Shown piece by piece: positions 20,267 to 30,688 of a stretch of DNA of 64,000 bases. Both the position numbers and the translations under genes were made by a program. Location: contig CAZBQN010000006.1 in assembly GCA_964494135.1 (NCBI GenBank), positions 2,806 to 66,805 on the forward strand, written 5' to 3'. Under the pieces are notes generated by a model. That model had not been told where the DNA came from, did not search any database, and was given only the letters and a program-made list of their open reading frames with translations. The DNA comes from an uncultured Ruminococcus sp. (GTDB taxonomy: Bacteria > Bacillota > Clostridia > Oscillospirales > CAG-272). The stretch's first letter is position 1; every line of letters begins with the position of its first letter.

Positions 20267-20351
20267 CGCGTCGGCTTCCGATAAAGTGTAAGTGAGTTGC
20301 ATATTCGAGCTGCTCCGGAAGGGGAGCGCCGCTATCAGGCAAAGAAACATC

Positions 20352-20396
20352 TAAATAAAAGTGCGCCGACCATCACGAGAATGATGAGTCGGCGCA
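20352..20396 (-). terminator. Intrinsic terminator of the minus-strand membrane-protein gene
   Basis: Minus strand: TGCGCCGAC-TCATCA...TGATG-GTCGGCGCA followed by CTTTTATTT. About 13 bp of stem. Confidence 0.65.
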
Positions 20397-20427
20397 GAAA
20401 AATATTATCGGAAAACCGAATGGCTGC

Positions 20428-21147
20428 TTACGCTTCGGTAACTTCTTCAGGCGTTGCCTCTTCGGCTTCCTTTGTATCGGCTTGTGCATTTTCCGCTCCT
20501 TCAGAGGCTGTGGTACCGTTTTCGGTAACCGGCTTTTTCGTAAAGATCAAAGGAACGGCGATAGCCGAGAAGAGAAAATGGACGTCATAAATTAAGCGGT
20601 ATATCGTATCTTCGGCAAAAACATCCGTGATCTTGAGTATGTACGTAAGTACAACCGCACAAAAAAGAACAAGGTTGATTATTGAGAATACCTTGGCTGC
20701 GGTTGGATTTGTTGTAACCGTTAATTCTTCGGTGCCGTAGCTTGCTTTGCTGATATAAGGCTGCCATTTGATACCGCCAAGTGTGGCAATATAGAAATTG
20801 CACTGCATCAGGAACCATATAATAAAGAATATGAAGGAGAAGAAAGACAGAATAACCTGCATGAAGAAAATTGTAGGCACTGCAATTAAATAAAGCACAG
20901 CCTCTGTGAGGTGTCTGACGTCGCTTTTGGTACGCTTAAGCCAACCTTCAAGGTAATCGGCGCTTGCTGAAAAAACGTTGTGGAAGAACGACGTTATATA
21001 GTACAGTATGGTACACAATGCGGCAGGTATCCAAAAGGGAATTACGCTGATAAAAGCAAAAACCCTATATGGCATAGCCATTTTTTTATACTGGCGGCAC
21101 TCGCCTGCTTCGTGAAGAAGATTTCTCGCTGATTTTTCGTAATCCAT
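20428..21147 (-). CDS. Hypothetical multi-pass membrane protein with an acidic C-terminal tail
   Basis: 239-aa ORF with about 5 TM helices. The tail is rich in E/A/T. No family motif recognised. Confidence 0.6.
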   Translation of the reverse strand: MDYEKSARNLLHEAGECRQYKKMAMPYRVFAFISVIPFWIPAALCTILYYITSFFHNVFSASADYLEGWLKRTKSDVRHLTEAVLYLIAVPTIFFMQVILSFFSFIFFIIWFLMQCNFYIATLGGIKWQPYISKASYGTEELTVTTNPTAAKVFSIINLVLFCAVVLTYILKITDVFAEDTIYRLIYDVHFLFSAIAVPLIFTKKPVTENGTTASEGAENAQADTKEAEEATPEEVTEA

Positions 21148-21260
21148 AGTTTAACCCTTTCTTTAAAGCCGAAGCTTTTATATCATTATATACCAACCGA
21201 AAACCAAAGTCAACCATACGCACAAAAAACTGCAAAAGCAGAATGTTCATATTTTATCCA

Positions 21261-21289
21261 TTGACATTTAAATTATCGGATGGTACAAT
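21261..21289 (+). promoter_or_regulatory. Promoter of the heterodimeric ABC exporter operon
   Basis: TTGACA (21261-21266), 17-nt spacer ending in TGG (extended -10), TACAAT (21284-21289). Confidence 0.6.
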
Positions 21290-21376
21290 ATACGCTGAAA
21301 AAATATGAATTGAAATCTTTTCGCATTGCCGACGGCTCTTTTTTCGGCAGACATAGAGATTTCAGAAAGGAAGAAA

Positions 21377-23131
21377 ATGTTAAAAACACTGGCAAAAAGT
21401 GTCAGAGAATATAAGGCAAAATCAATATGGACGCCTATACTCGTATTCTTTGAGGTAATACTTGAATGTATTATTCCCATGGTTATTGCCGAGCTGGTAA
21501 ACAGCTACGAGAAGTCGCAGGACATCGGAGACGTTTTGAAATACGGCGGTATCGTAGCGATTTTGGCTATCGCCTCGCTGTTCTTCGGTTCTGCGGCGGG
21601 GGTTACCTGCTCTACGGCGGCATGCGGTTTCGCGAAAAATCTCAGACACGATATGTACTACAACGTTCAGGATTTTTCTTTTGAAAACATAGACAGGTTT
21701 TCCACTTCGTCTTTAGTTACCCGTCTTACTACCGACGTGGCAAACGTGCAGATGGCTTATATGATGATAATCAGGACGGCTGTCCGCGCGCCGATGATGT
21801 TCCTGTTCGCTATAATTATGGCTTTCGTTATGGGCGGTAATATGGCGTGGATATTCATCTGTGTCGTGCCCATTCTCGGCGGAGCTTTGGCTTTCGTTGC
21901 CAGCCGTGCCATGCCCCTGTTCAGAAAGGTTTTCAAAAAGTACGATAACCTCAACTCCGCAATTCAGGAGAACGTCAAGGGCATCAGAGTCGTAAAGACC
22001 TTCGTACGCGAGGATTACGAGAAAAAGAAATTCGGTTTCGCCTCCGAGGACGTTGCCCGCGACTTTACAAAGGCTGAGAGAATTCTGGCTATCAATAACC
22101 CGATAATGCAGCTTTGCCTTAATCTGGTTATGCTCTTCGTTCTGTCCTTCGGCTCCTTCACCGTTATATCCACAAACGGTGAGGCTCTCGGCTACGGACA
22201 GATGTCCGCGCTTATTACCTACGGCTTTATGATTCTTTCCAGCCTTATGATGCTCTCCATGATATTCGTTATGATTACCATGTCCTTGGAGTCTGCTCGC
22301 CGTATCACCGAGGTGCTCAAAGAGAAGCCTACTCTGACCTCTCCCGAAAACCCGATTTACGAGATAAAGGACGGCTCCGTTGATTTTGACGGCGTCAGCT
22401 TCAAGTATTCTAAAGAGGCAAAGAAATACGCTTTGTCGGATATTGATTTGCATATTTCCTCCGGCGAGACTGTGGGAATTATCGGCGGTACGGGCTCGTC
22501 AAAGTCTACGCTTATCCAGCTTATATCCCGTCTTTACGACGCAACCGAGGGAACTGTCAGAGTCGGCGGTGTTGACGTTCGCGACTACGACCTCGAAGCT
22601 TTGCGTAACAACGTGGCAGTCGTTCTGCAGAAGAACGTGCTGTTCTCCGGTACGATAAAGGACAACCTTCGCTGGGGTAATCCGGATGCTACCGATGAAC
22701 AGATGAAGGAGGCTTGCCACCTCGCCTGTGCTGACGAATTTATAGAGCGTTTCCCTGATAAGTACGATACCTATATTGAGCAGGGCGGTGCCAACGTATC
22801 CGGCGGACAGAAGCAGAGACTGTGTATTGCAAGAGCACTTCTCAAGAAGCCGAAGATACTTATTCTCGACGACTCTACCAGCGCGGTTGATACACGCACC
22901 GATGCACAAATCAGACGTGCCATGCGCGATTTTATTCCCGAGACTACGAAGTTTATTATTGCGCAGCGTATTTCATCCGTCGAGGACGCAGACAGAATTA
23001 TCGTTCTTGACGGCGGCAGGATACACGCTATGGGCAATCATGCCGAGCTTATGTCAGGCTGTGACATTTACCGTGAAATTTATACGTCGCAGAACAGAAG
23101 CGACGACAACGGCGGGGAGGTGAATAACTGA
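21377..23131 (+). CDS. ABC exporter, fused permease/ATPase (type 1 exporter half-transporter)
   Basis: Six-TM domain, then Walker A GGTGSSKST, signature VSGGQKQR and Walker B ILILDDSTSAVD. ATG at 21377 follows AAAGGAAG. Confidence 0.88.
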   Translation: MLKTLAKSVREYKAKSIWTPILVFFEVILECIIPMVIAELVNSYEKSQDIGDVLKYGGIVAILAIASLFFGSAAGVTCSTAACGFAKNLRHDMYYNVQDFSFENIDRFSTSSLVTRLTTDVANVQMAYMMIIRTAVRAPMMFLFAIIMAFVMGGNMAWIFICVVPILGGALAFVASRAMPLFRKVFKKYDNLNSAIQENVKGIRVVKTFVREDYEKKKFGFASEDVARDFTKAERILAINNPIMQLCLNLVMLFVLSFGSFTVISTNGEALGYGQMSALITYGFMILSSLMMLSMIFVMITMSLESARRITEVLKEKPTLTSPENPIYEIKDGSVDFDGVSFKYSKEAKKYALSDIDLHISSGETVGIIGGTGSSKSTLIQLISRLYDATEGTVRVGGVDVRDYDLEALRNNVAVVLQKNVLFSGTIKDNLRWGNPDATDEQMKEACHLACADEFIERFPDKYDTYIEQGGANVSGGQKQRLCIARALLKKPKILILDDSTSAVDTRTDAQIRRAMRDFIPETTKFIIAQRISSVEDADRIIVLDGGRIHAMGNHAELMSGCDIYREIYTSQNRSDDNGGEVNN

Positions 23132-25059
23132 TGTCAGAAAGCAGAAAGACTCGACCCCGTGCTAAAAAAGGCACGCTGAAAAGACTGATTAAAACAATTT
23201 TCTCATTCTATCCGAAGATGCTGCCGCTGACGCTTATTTGTATATTTTTTGCGGCTGCCATTACTTCAATTCCCTCCCTGTTTATGCAGCAGGTTTTCTC
23301 GAAAATCGAATACGCCATCGAAGGCTCCCTTCCTTGGGATGCGGTTTCGGGTGACATACTGACTATCGTTGCGGTACTCGGCTGTATGTATCTCGTTTCT
23401 CTTACGGCGGGCTTTACGTGGAACCAGCTTATGGCTGTTATAACCCAGGGCACGCTGAAGAAATTCCGCGATAAGATGTTCGGTAAGATGCAGGACCTTC
23501 CGGTCAAGTATTTTGACACGCATAATCACGGCGACATTATGAGCTACTACACCAACGATATTGACACGCTGCGTCAGCTCATATCCCAAAGTCTGCCCCA
23601 GCTGCTTATATCCGGAGTAACGATAACCGTGCTTATCGTGATCATGCTCTACTTCTCCTTCTGGATGACAATAGTCGTTCTGGTAGGCGTTGTCGCCATG
23701 CTCTTTGCCACCAAGAAAATCGGCGGCGGCTCTGCAAAATATTTCGTCCGCCAGCAGATTGCCATCGGAAAGACCGAGGGCTATATCGAGGAGATGATAA
23801 ACGGTCAGAAGGTGGTAAAGGCGTTCTGTCACGAGGATGCCTGCAAGGCTGATTTTGACAAAATCAACGGCGAGCTGTTCTCGGAGGCAGACAAGGCGAA
23901 TAAGTACGCCAATACCTTGGGACCAATCCTCAACAACATCGGAAATATTCTGTACGTTATAGTGGCTATCGCCGGGGGCGTGTTGATTATTTCGGGTGTT
24001 ACAAACTTCGGATTCAATAATCTCGTATTACCCGAGGCACTGGCTTTGAACGTGGCACTCGTCGTTCCGTTCTTGAATATTACGAAGCAGTTCACGGGCA
24101 CCGTCGGTCAGATTTCCCACCAGATAAATTCGGTTATCATGGGTCTTGCGGGTGCTTCGAGAATATTTGATTTCCTTGACGAGGAGCCCGAGCAGGACGA
24201 CGGCTACGTTACCCTCGTCAACGCCAAGGAAATTGACGGCACACTTGTTGAATGCCGCGAGCATACCGGACTTTGGGCGTGGAAGCATCCTCACCGTGCA
24301 GACGGTACGATAACCTACACTCCCTTGAAGGGCGACGTCAGGCTCACCGACGTGGATTTTGAATACGTGCCTGGCAAACCGGTTCTCAAGAACATTACCC
24401 TCTACGCCGAGCCGGGTCAGCAGGTTGCCTTCGTCGGTGCGACAGGCGCGGGAAAGACGACTATAACCAACCTTATAAACCGATTCTACGACATTGCCGA
24501 CGGTAAAATACGGTACGACGGCATAAACATCAACAAAATAAAAAAGAGCTCGCTCCGCAAGTCACTCGGTGTCGTTCTTCAGGATACCAACCTGTTTACC
24601 GGTACCGTAATGGATAACATCCGATACGGAAGGCTTGATGCAACCGATGAGGAATGTATAAGTGCCGCAAAGCTGGTAGGTGCCGACGACTTCATCACCC
24701 GTCTGCCCGACGGCTACGATACTATGCTGACCGGCAACGGCGCGAACCTTTCTCAGGGACAGCGCCAGCTTCTGTCAATTGCGCGCTGTGCGGTTGCGGA
24801 TCCTCCGGTTATGATACTTGACGAGGCGACCTCGTCAATAGATACGCGCACCGAGCAGATCGTACAGCACGGTATGGACGCCATTATGAAGGACAGAACG
24901 GTATTCGTAATTGCTCACCGCTTGTCTACCGTTAAGAATTCCGACGTAATCATGGTTCTTGACCACGGCGAGATAATCGAGCGAGGCAGTCATGACGAGC
25001 TTATTGAAAAGCGCGGACAGTATTACAGCTTGTATACCGGCGCGTTTGAGCTCGAATAA
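23131..25059 (+). CDS. ABC exporter, fused permease/ATPase (partner half-transporter)
   Basis: Walker A GATGAGKTT, signature LSQGQRQL and Walker B ILDEATSSID. The start overlaps the upstream stop (ATGA-type coupling). Confidence 0.88.
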   Translation: MSESRKTRPRAKKGTLKRLIKTIFSFYPKMLPLTLICIFFAAAITSIPSLFMQQVFSKIEYAIEGSLPWDAVSGDILTIVAVLGCMYLVSLTAGFTWNQLMAVITQGTLKKFRDKMFGKMQDLPVKYFDTHNHGDIMSYYTNDIDTLRQLISQSLPQLLISGVTITVLIVIMLYFSFWMTIVVLVGVVAMLFATKKIGGGSAKYFVRQQIAIGKTEGYIEEMINGQKVVKAFCHEDACKADFDKINGELFSEADKANKYANTLGPILNNIGNILYVIVAIAGGVLIISGVTNFGFNNLVLPEALALNVALVVPFLNITKQFTGTVGQISHQINSVIMGLAGASRIFDFLDEEPEQDDGYVTLVNAKEIDGTLVECREHTGLWAWKHPHRADGTITYTPLKGDVRLTDVDFEYVPGKPVLKNITLYAEPGQQVAFVGATGAGKTTITNLINRFYDIADGKIRYDGININKIKKSSLRKSLGVVLQDTNLFTGTVMDNIRYGRLDATDEECISAAKLVGADDFITRLPDGYDTMLTGNGANLSQGQRQLLSIARCAVADPPVMILDEATSSIDTRTEQIVQHGMDAIMKDRTVFVIAHRLSTVKNSDVIMVLDHGEIIERGSHDELIEKRGQYYSLYTGAFELE

Positions 25060-25089
25060 ATCCCGAAAAAATTTCGCTGTGAGGTGTTT

Positions 25090-25566
25090 ATGGCTTTCAG
25101 AGCTTGCTCGTTTACAGGGCACAGACAAATTGAGCCTGCGGCAAAGGAAACCGTGACGAACCTTATTGACCGCTTTATTGCTTACGCATATTACAACGGC
25201 TGCCGTGAGTTTTACGACGGCGGGGCTATCGGCTTCGATATCCTCGCCGCCAGGCGCGTTCTTCTGTTCAGAATTTCGCATCCCGACGTCAGGCTGCATA
25301 TGGTTTTGCCCTGCAAAAATCAGTCGGAGCGATGGTCCGACAGAGATACGTCATCCTATGAGTACGTTCTCGGCGCGGCAGATACCGTCGAGGTTATCGC
25401 AGACGAATACTATAACGGCTGTATGAAGGTGAGGAACGCAAGACTCGTTGAGCTGTGCGACGTTCTGGTTGCCTACGTAGGCAGGGATACTGGCGGCTCG
25501 GCACAGACCTACCGCATGGCAAAGGCGGCGGGTAAGACCGTCTATAACCTTTTCGGGAAAAAATAG
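25090..25566 (+). CDS. SLOG-fold DUF1273-like protein
   Basis: CSFTGHR start, GGAIGFD and a C-terminal GG(S)A..T motif typical of DUF1273/YspA-like SLOG proteins. ATG at 25090 follows GAGG. The ORF track starts at a GTG at 25084. Confidence 0.6.
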   Translation: MAFRACSFTGHRQIEPAAKETVTNLIDRFIAYAYYNGCREFYDGGAIGFDILAARRVLLFRISHPDVRLHMVLPCKNQSERWSDRDTSSYEYVLGAADTVEVIADEYYNGCMKVRNARLVELCDVLVAYVGRDTGGSAQTYRMAKAAGKTVYNLFGKK

Positions 25567-25764
25567 CGTTTTTTCAAACCGTGAGGCATACGGCTGTCTG
25601 ACGGTTGCTTATCGGCTTGGCTTTTGAGCAGCTTTCTCGTTCTTATAACCGTACAAAACGAAAAAATACAAATTAAAGTTTACATTTTCTGCCGTATGAG
25701 GCAAAAAATAACAAAAAGGAGAAAAGTTAACGCCTTCGTTCGCATAATATCAAAAAAATGTATC

Positions 25765-25793
25765 TTGACATGACCTGCGGTTTATGTTATACT
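25765..25793 (+). promoter_or_regulatory. Promoter of the membrane-protein gene at 25842
   Basis: TTGACA (25765-25770), 17-nt spacer, TATACT (25788-25793). Confidence 0.55.
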
Positions 25794-25841
25794 TGCTATA
25801 CTGAAATTTGTGTTTGAATTTGAGAAGGGGAGGATTGAATT

Positions 25842-26546
25842 ATGGGTTTTATCGAGTTTTTCGACCCCATTGTAAAGGGCTCTTACAGCTTTGCGGAAAT
25901 TTGGGATAATATTACGATATTTCTGACTGACATGTGGGAAAATATACATATTCAGAACCTTTGGGGAGCTATTTGGAATTTTATATCTCCTCTTGAAGTG
26001 GAGATACCGTTCATAATTCTCGGCGTGTGGCTTCTGGTCACCTTCCTCGGCAAACGCTTGTTCTCGGTATTGCGTTTCTCCTTCTTTTTCATCAGCGGAT
26101 TCGCACTCGGCGTTTATTTGGTCGCTCCGTTCGTTTTGGAATGGATGCCTCTTTTGCCTACCTGGACTGTCGGTGCGGTTACCGGACTGGTGGCGGCGGT
26201 TTTGTCAAAGCTCTTGTATATTGTGCTTTATGCCGTTATCCCGGGTTATGCGGCGTACCTGTTCGTTTGCGGCGGGCTTATCGTACCGCTTACCGGAAAT
26301 TATATCGTAGCTCTTCTGGTGGCGCTGGTTGCGGTCGTGCTTTTATTCATATTCCGCAGCTATGTTGAGACTGCGGGCATTGCGCTTCTCGGAGGATACG
26401 GGGTCGCGTGTGTTGTCAGAGGCTTGTACGACTATACCTCCTGGCCGATGTTCGCGGGAATGGAATGGCTTGGTGTTCTCATTTTGACAGTTCTCATCGG
26501 CGGCATAGGCTTTTTCGTACAGTACAAGTCACGGGAGAGATATTGA
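25842..26546 (+). CDS. Hypothetical multi-pass membrane protein
   Basis: 234 aa with about 6 TM helices. GGGGAGGA SD 7 nt upstream. Confidence 0.6.
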   Translation: MGFIEFFDPIVKGSYSFAEIWDNITIFLTDMWENIHIQNLWGAIWNFISPLEVEIPFIILGVWLLVTFLGKRLFSVLRFSFFFISGFALGVYLVAPFVLEWMPLLPTWTVGAVTGLVAAVLSKLLYIVLYAVIPGYAAYLFVCGGLIVPLTGNYIVALLVALVAVVLLFIFRSYVETAGIALLGGYGVACVVRGLYDYTSWPMFAGMEWLGVLILTVLIGGIGFFVQYKSRERY

Positions 26547-26568
26547 AGTAAATAGTATATTGTTCTTG

Positions 26569-26600
26569 AAAAGCTGCTCTTACGGGCGGCTTTTCATTTT
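26569..26600 (+). terminator. Intrinsic terminator
   Basis: AAAAGCTGC-TCTTACGG-GCGGCTTTTCATTTT (one G-U pair in the stem). Confidence 0.55.
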
Positions 26601-26680
26601 GTTAAAAATGACGGAACAGGACTTGTTTTTCGATTAGTTCCCGTAACTTGGCCAAAAACTTTTTTCTTCGCTTAAATATA

Positions 26681-26709
26681 TTGACTTTTTATAAAATATA
26701 TAGTAAAAT
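26681..26709 (+). promoter_or_regulatory. Promoter of the transketolase genes
   Basis: TTGACT (26681-26686), 17-nt spacer, TAAAAT (26704-26709). Confidence 0.5.
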
Positions 26710-26744
26710 TAAAAGCGAAAACCATTACTTACAGCGGAGGATTT

Positions 26745-27593
26745 ATGAACAGCACCAGGTTGCTAGAACTGAAGCGCCTTGCAAACAACGTGCGCCGCGG
26801 AATTATCGAGGGCGTATACAATGCAGGGTGCGGTCATCCCGGCGGTTCTTTATCGATTGCCGATATTCTGACCTATCTTTACTTTGAAGAAATGAAAGTT
26901 GACCCAGCGGCACCGGACCGGAAAGACAGAGACAGGTTCGTGCTCTCAAAGGGTCATACGTCGCCGGCACTTTACGCAACCCTTGCCGAACGGGGCTTTT
27001 TCCCCAAGGAAGAGCTGAAAACTCTGCGTAAGACGGGCTCACGCCTGCAGGGACATCCGGATATGAAGGCGATACCCGGAGTTGATATGTCTACCGGATC
27101 TCTCGGACTGGGTATATCTGCCGCATGCGGTATGGCACTGTCCGCCAAGGTGTCGGGAGACGCTTACCGGGTCTACACCGTAATCGGTGACGGAGAGAGC
27201 GAGGAGGGACAGGTATGGGAGGCGGCAATGTTCGCCGCTCACTACAAGCTGGATAACCTTGTGGCAATTCTGGATTTGAACGGTCTTCAGATTGACGGAC
27301 CTATCACGGAGGTTATGAATCCCACGCCTCACGACGCGAAGTTTCTCGCCTTCGGCTGGCATGTTATAACTATTGACGCACACGATTTTGACGCTATTGA
27401 GGCGGCTTTGTGCGAGGCTCGTACCGTGAAGGGTAAGCCTACGGTAATAATTGCAAAATCGGTTAAGGGCAAGGGCGTTTCTTATATGGAAAACGCGTGT
27501 GAGTGGCACGGTCAGGCTCCTAAGGAGGAGCTTTACAAGGTTGCTGTTGCCGACCTTGACAGAATTGCCGAAGAATTGGACAGAGGTGAGTGA
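26745..27593 (+). CDS. tkt: Transketolase, N-terminal (ThDP-binding) subunit
   Basis: GHPGGSLS, SKGH and GDGESEEGQVWEA motifs. The split-gene arrangement is typical of Clostridia. Confidence 0.9.
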   Translation: MNSTRLLELKRLANNVRRGIIEGVYNAGCGHPGGSLSIADILTYLYFEEMKVDPAAPDRKDRDRFVLSKGHTSPALYATLAERGFFPKEELKTLRKTGSRLQGHPDMKAIPGVDMSTGSLGLGISAACGMALSAKVSGDAYRVYTVIGDGESEEGQVWEAAMFAAHYKLDNLVAILDLNGLQIDGPITEVMNPTPHDAKFLAFGWHVITIDAHDFDAIEAALCEARTVKGKPTVIIAKSVKGKGVSYMENACEWHGQAPKEELYKVAVADLDRIAEELDRGE

Positions 27594-27594
27594 T

Positions 27595-28539
27595 ATGGCG
27601 GATAAGAAAGCTACAAGAGAAAGCTACGGTGCGGCTCTTGCCTCCCTTGGCGAAAAATATGATTTCCTCGTGCTTGACGCGGACCTTGCCGCCGCTACAA
27701 AGACGGGCATGTTCAAGAAGAAATTTCCCGACCGCTTTTTTGACTGCGGTATTGCCGAGGGAAATATGATGAGCGTTGCCGCGGGTATTGCCGCGACGGG
27801 AAAGACGGTATTCGCTTCTTCCTTTGCAATGTTTGCCTCAGGCAGAGCCTTTGAGCAGGTGCGCAATTCCATAGGCTATCCTCACTTGAACGTCAAGATA
27901 GGTGCGACGCATGCAGGAATTACCGTCGGAGAGGATGGCGCGACCCATCAATGTAACGAGGATTTGGCTCTGATGCGTACCATTCCCGGTATGACTGTAA
28001 TTTGTCCGTCGGATGCAGCCGATGCATACGCCGCGGTTGAGGCGGCACTGACCACCTACGGACCCATGTATCTGCGATTTGGCAGATTTGCCGTACCCGA
28101 CCTTACCGAGCTGCGTCCGAAGGATTACAAGTTTGAGATTGGAAAGGGCGTTACGCTGAAGGAGGGCAGGGACGTTACCATTATTGCAACAGGCTTTATG
28201 GTTCATCTGGCAGTTGAAGCCGCGGATATGCTAAAATCTGAGGGAATTGACGCAGGCGTAATAGATATACACACAATCAAGCCTATTGATAAGGCACTTA
28301 TAACGGAGGCTGCCAAGCGCACGGGCGCGATAGTCACCGCAGAGGAGCACAATGTTATCGGCGGTCTCGGTGCCGCAGTATGTGAGACGGTTTGCGAGAG
28401 CTGTCCGGTACCCGTACTTCGAGTCGGCGTCGAGGATGCCTTCGGCAGAAGCGGCAAGGTTCCTGAGCTGCTTGAAATCTACGGATTGACATCGGCGAAT
28501 ATCGTTAAAAAGGCGAAGGAAGCTATCGCTCTCAAATGA
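27595..28539 (+). CDS. tkt: Transketolase, C-terminal (pyrimidine-binding) subunit
   Basis: FFDCGIAEGNM and EDGATHQ motifs. ATG at 27595, 1 nt after the upstream stop. Confidence 0.9.
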   Translation: MADKKATRESYGAALASLGEKYDFLVLDADLAAATKTGMFKKKFPDRFFDCGIAEGNMMSVAAGIAATGKTVFASSFAMFASGRAFEQVRNSIGYPHLNVKIGATHAGITVGEDGATHQCNEDLALMRTIPGMTVICPSDAADAYAAVEAALTTYGPMYLRFGRFAVPDLTELRPKDYKFEIGKGVTLKEGRDVTIIATGFMVHLAVEAADMLKSEGIDAGVIDIHTIKPIDKALITEAAKRTGAIVTAEEHNVIGGLGAAVCETVCESCPVPVLRVGVEDAFGRSGKVPELLEIYGLTSANIVKKAKEAIALK

Positions 28540-28575
28540 GAGCTCGCTTTCTGAATGACAGGAGGTTTCAGGACG

Positions 28576-29280
28576 ATGAAAATGAAGCGTATTCTTTTAA
28601 AGCTTTCGGGTGAGGCACTTGCAAACGATTCGGGGAGCATATACGACGTAGCCTTCGTTGACAGAGTTGCACAGGCACTTAAAGCCTGCCGTGACAGCGG
28701 CTACGAGATGGCGGTGGTTGTCGGAGCGGGAAATATCTGGCGAGGAAGACAGGGCGGTGAGATGGACCGCACCAGTGCTGACAGAATGGGCATGCTGGCT
28801 ACCGTTATTAACGCCATTTGCCTGAAAGAGGCTTTGATACGCGCAGGTGCAGAGGCGGTTGTACTCAGCTCGGTTCCCATGTCACCGTTTGCCGATAATT
28901 ACACCGCGGAGTGTGCAAAGGCGCATTTGGAGGCAGGTAAAATAGTCGTATTGGGTGCAGGTCTCGGTATTCCGTTTCTGTCCACCGATACGGCAGGTGC
29001 GGTAAGGGCGGCTGAAATAGGTGCCGATGTTATGCTTATGGCAAAGAACGTTCCCTATATTTATTCGGCAGACCCGAAGAAGGATCCGAATGCGGAGAAA
29101 TTTGAGAGAATTTCCGCATCCCGTGTGTTACAGATGAATTTGCAGGCGATAGACAGCACGGCTACGGCGTTTTGCCTCTCTACCGGAATGCCTATCCGTC
29201 TGTTCGGTCTGAACGACCCTATGGATATACTTAAGGCGGTAAGCGGTCAGGTTGACGGAACCGTGGTTACAGCCGATTGA
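28576..29280 (+). CDS. pyrH: UMP kinase
   Basis: RILLKLSGEAL, GAGNIWRG and TDTAGAVRAAEI motifs. AGGAGG SD upstream of the ATG at 28576. Confidence 0.92.
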   Translation: MKMKRILLKLSGEALANDSGSIYDVAFVDRVAQALKACRDSGYEMAVVVGAGNIWRGRQGGEMDRTSADRMGMLATVINAICLKEALIRAGAEAVVLSSVPMSPFADNYTAECAKAHLEAGKIVVLGAGLGIPFLSTDTAGAVRAAEIGADVMLMAKNVPYIYSADPKKDPNAEKFERISASRVLQMNLQAIDSTATAFCLSTGMPIRLFGLNDPMDILKAVSGQVDGTVVTAD

Positions 29281-29328
29281 CGCAATGCCGGCGGACTTTG
29301 AATATTTAAATAAAAGTGAGGATTTTTT

Positions 29329-29883
29329 ATGAAACTTGATACGAGAGATTACGAAGCAAAGATGAAGAAGACAATTGCCGCTTACAGCGACAATCTTTCC
29401 ACTATCAGAGCGGGCAGGGCGAACCCCGACGTTCTCAAGAGAGTTACCGTTGACTACTACGGCTCTCCCACACCTATTTCGTCCATCGCCGAAATCAAGG
29501 TGACCGATGCGCGTACAATTACCATTACCTCGTGGGATAAGTCCGCGATGAAGAATATCGAGAAGGCAATACTTACCTCCGATATAGGTATCAATCCTCA
29601 GAACGACGGCTCGGCTATCCGTCTGTCCTTCCCTCCGACGACAGAGGAGCGCCGCCGCGAGCTTTCCAAGCAGATAGCAAAGATGGGCGAGGATGCCAAG
29701 GTTGCAATCCGCAATATCCGCAGAGATGCCAACGATAAGGTTAAGGCTATGAAGAAGGATTCCGAATTGACCGAGGACGAGGCAAAGAGCTCGGATAAGT
29801 CTATACAGGACCTGACCGATAAATATATCAAAGAGGTAGATGCGGTAACTGCCGCAAAGACCAAAGAAATTATGGAGATTTAA
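29329..29883 (+). CDS. frr: Ribosome recycling factor
   Basis: 184 aa. Has LSTIRAGRANPDVL and IRNIRRDANDK motifs. Confidence 0.95.
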   Translation: MKLDTRDYEAKMKKTIAAYSDNLSTIRAGRANPDVLKRVTVDYYGSPTPISSIAEIKVTDARTITITSWDKSAMKNIEKAILTSDIGINPQNDGSAIRLSFPPTTEERRRELSKQIAKMGEDAKVAIRNIRRDANDKVKAMKKDSELTEDEAKSSDKSIQDLTDKYIKEVDAVTAAKTKEIMEI

Positions 29884-29904
29884 TTCTTCGGAAACGAGCC
29901 TTAT

Positions 29905-30627
29905 ATGTTTTTTAAGAAAAAGAACGCTCTGCCTAAGGTTGATGAAAGACTTCAGTCCTTGGGCATAATTATGGACGGCAACGGCAGATGGGCGAAGAAA
30001 CGGATGCTTCCGCGAAGCGCAGGACACGTTGCCGGCGCAAAGATAATACAGGGCATCCTTGAAGACTTGCGCGAGATAGGTATTCACTACGTCACTCTTT
30101 ACGCCTTTTCTACAGAGAATTGGAAGAGACCTAAGGAAGAGGTCGATGCCCTTATGGAGCTTATCTATAAGTATCTTGACGAGGTCGTTGTGGAGAAGGT
30201 GCGTACCGACCCCGAGTTCTCAATGTGCTTTCTCGGTGACAAATCCGTGCTTTCGGAGAAGCTGAGAAACAAGTGTATAGAGATAGAGAATATGGCAAAG
30301 GACAGAGCCTTTGTATGTAATCTTGCGCTGAACTACGGCGGGCGGGACGAGATCGTTCATGCGGTGAACGCGGCAATAGCCGACGGTTGCTCGCCCGTGT
30401 CAGAAGCGGATATCAGCAGTCATCTTTATACGGCGGGTACGCCCGACCCCGATCTGATAATCAGGACGGCAGGGGACCAGAGGCTTTCCAATTTCCTTAT
30501 CTGGCAGGGTGCGTATTCCGAATTTTACGTTACCGACACCCTTTGGCCCGACTTCGGAAGACGGGATATCGTTCGTGCAATAGATGCGTTTTATAAACGC
30601 GAGCGTCGCTTTGGCGGCTTGAAATAA
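29905..30627 (+). CDS. uppS: Isoprenyl transferase (undecaprenyl-diphosphate synthase family)
   Basis: IIMDGNGRWA, FSTENWKRP and RTAGDQRLSNFLIWQ motifs. Confidence 0.93.
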   Translation: MFFKKKNALPKVDERLQSLGIIMDGNGRWAKKRMLPRSAGHVAGAKIIQGILEDLREIGIHYVTLYAFSTENWKRPKEEVDALMELIYKYLDEVVVEKVRTDPEFSMCFLGDKSVLSEKLRNKCIEIENMAKDRAFVCNLALNYGGRDEIVHAVNAAIADGCSPVSEADISSHLYTAGTPDPDLIIRTAGDQRLSNFLIWQGAYSEFYVTDTLWPDFGRRDIVRAIDAFYKRERRFGGLK

Positions 30628-30688
30628 GACGATGACCGGGTGATTCCGAGCCATCTGACAGATTAATACAGTACGAAGTGGAGTTATT

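Noticed and set aside
17771-25566. Defence or conflict system built around the DUF815 ATPase or the SLOG protein
   Set aside because: Each is a single gene embedded in a metabolic or exporter operon. Neither has nuclease, effector, methylase or sensor partners nearby.
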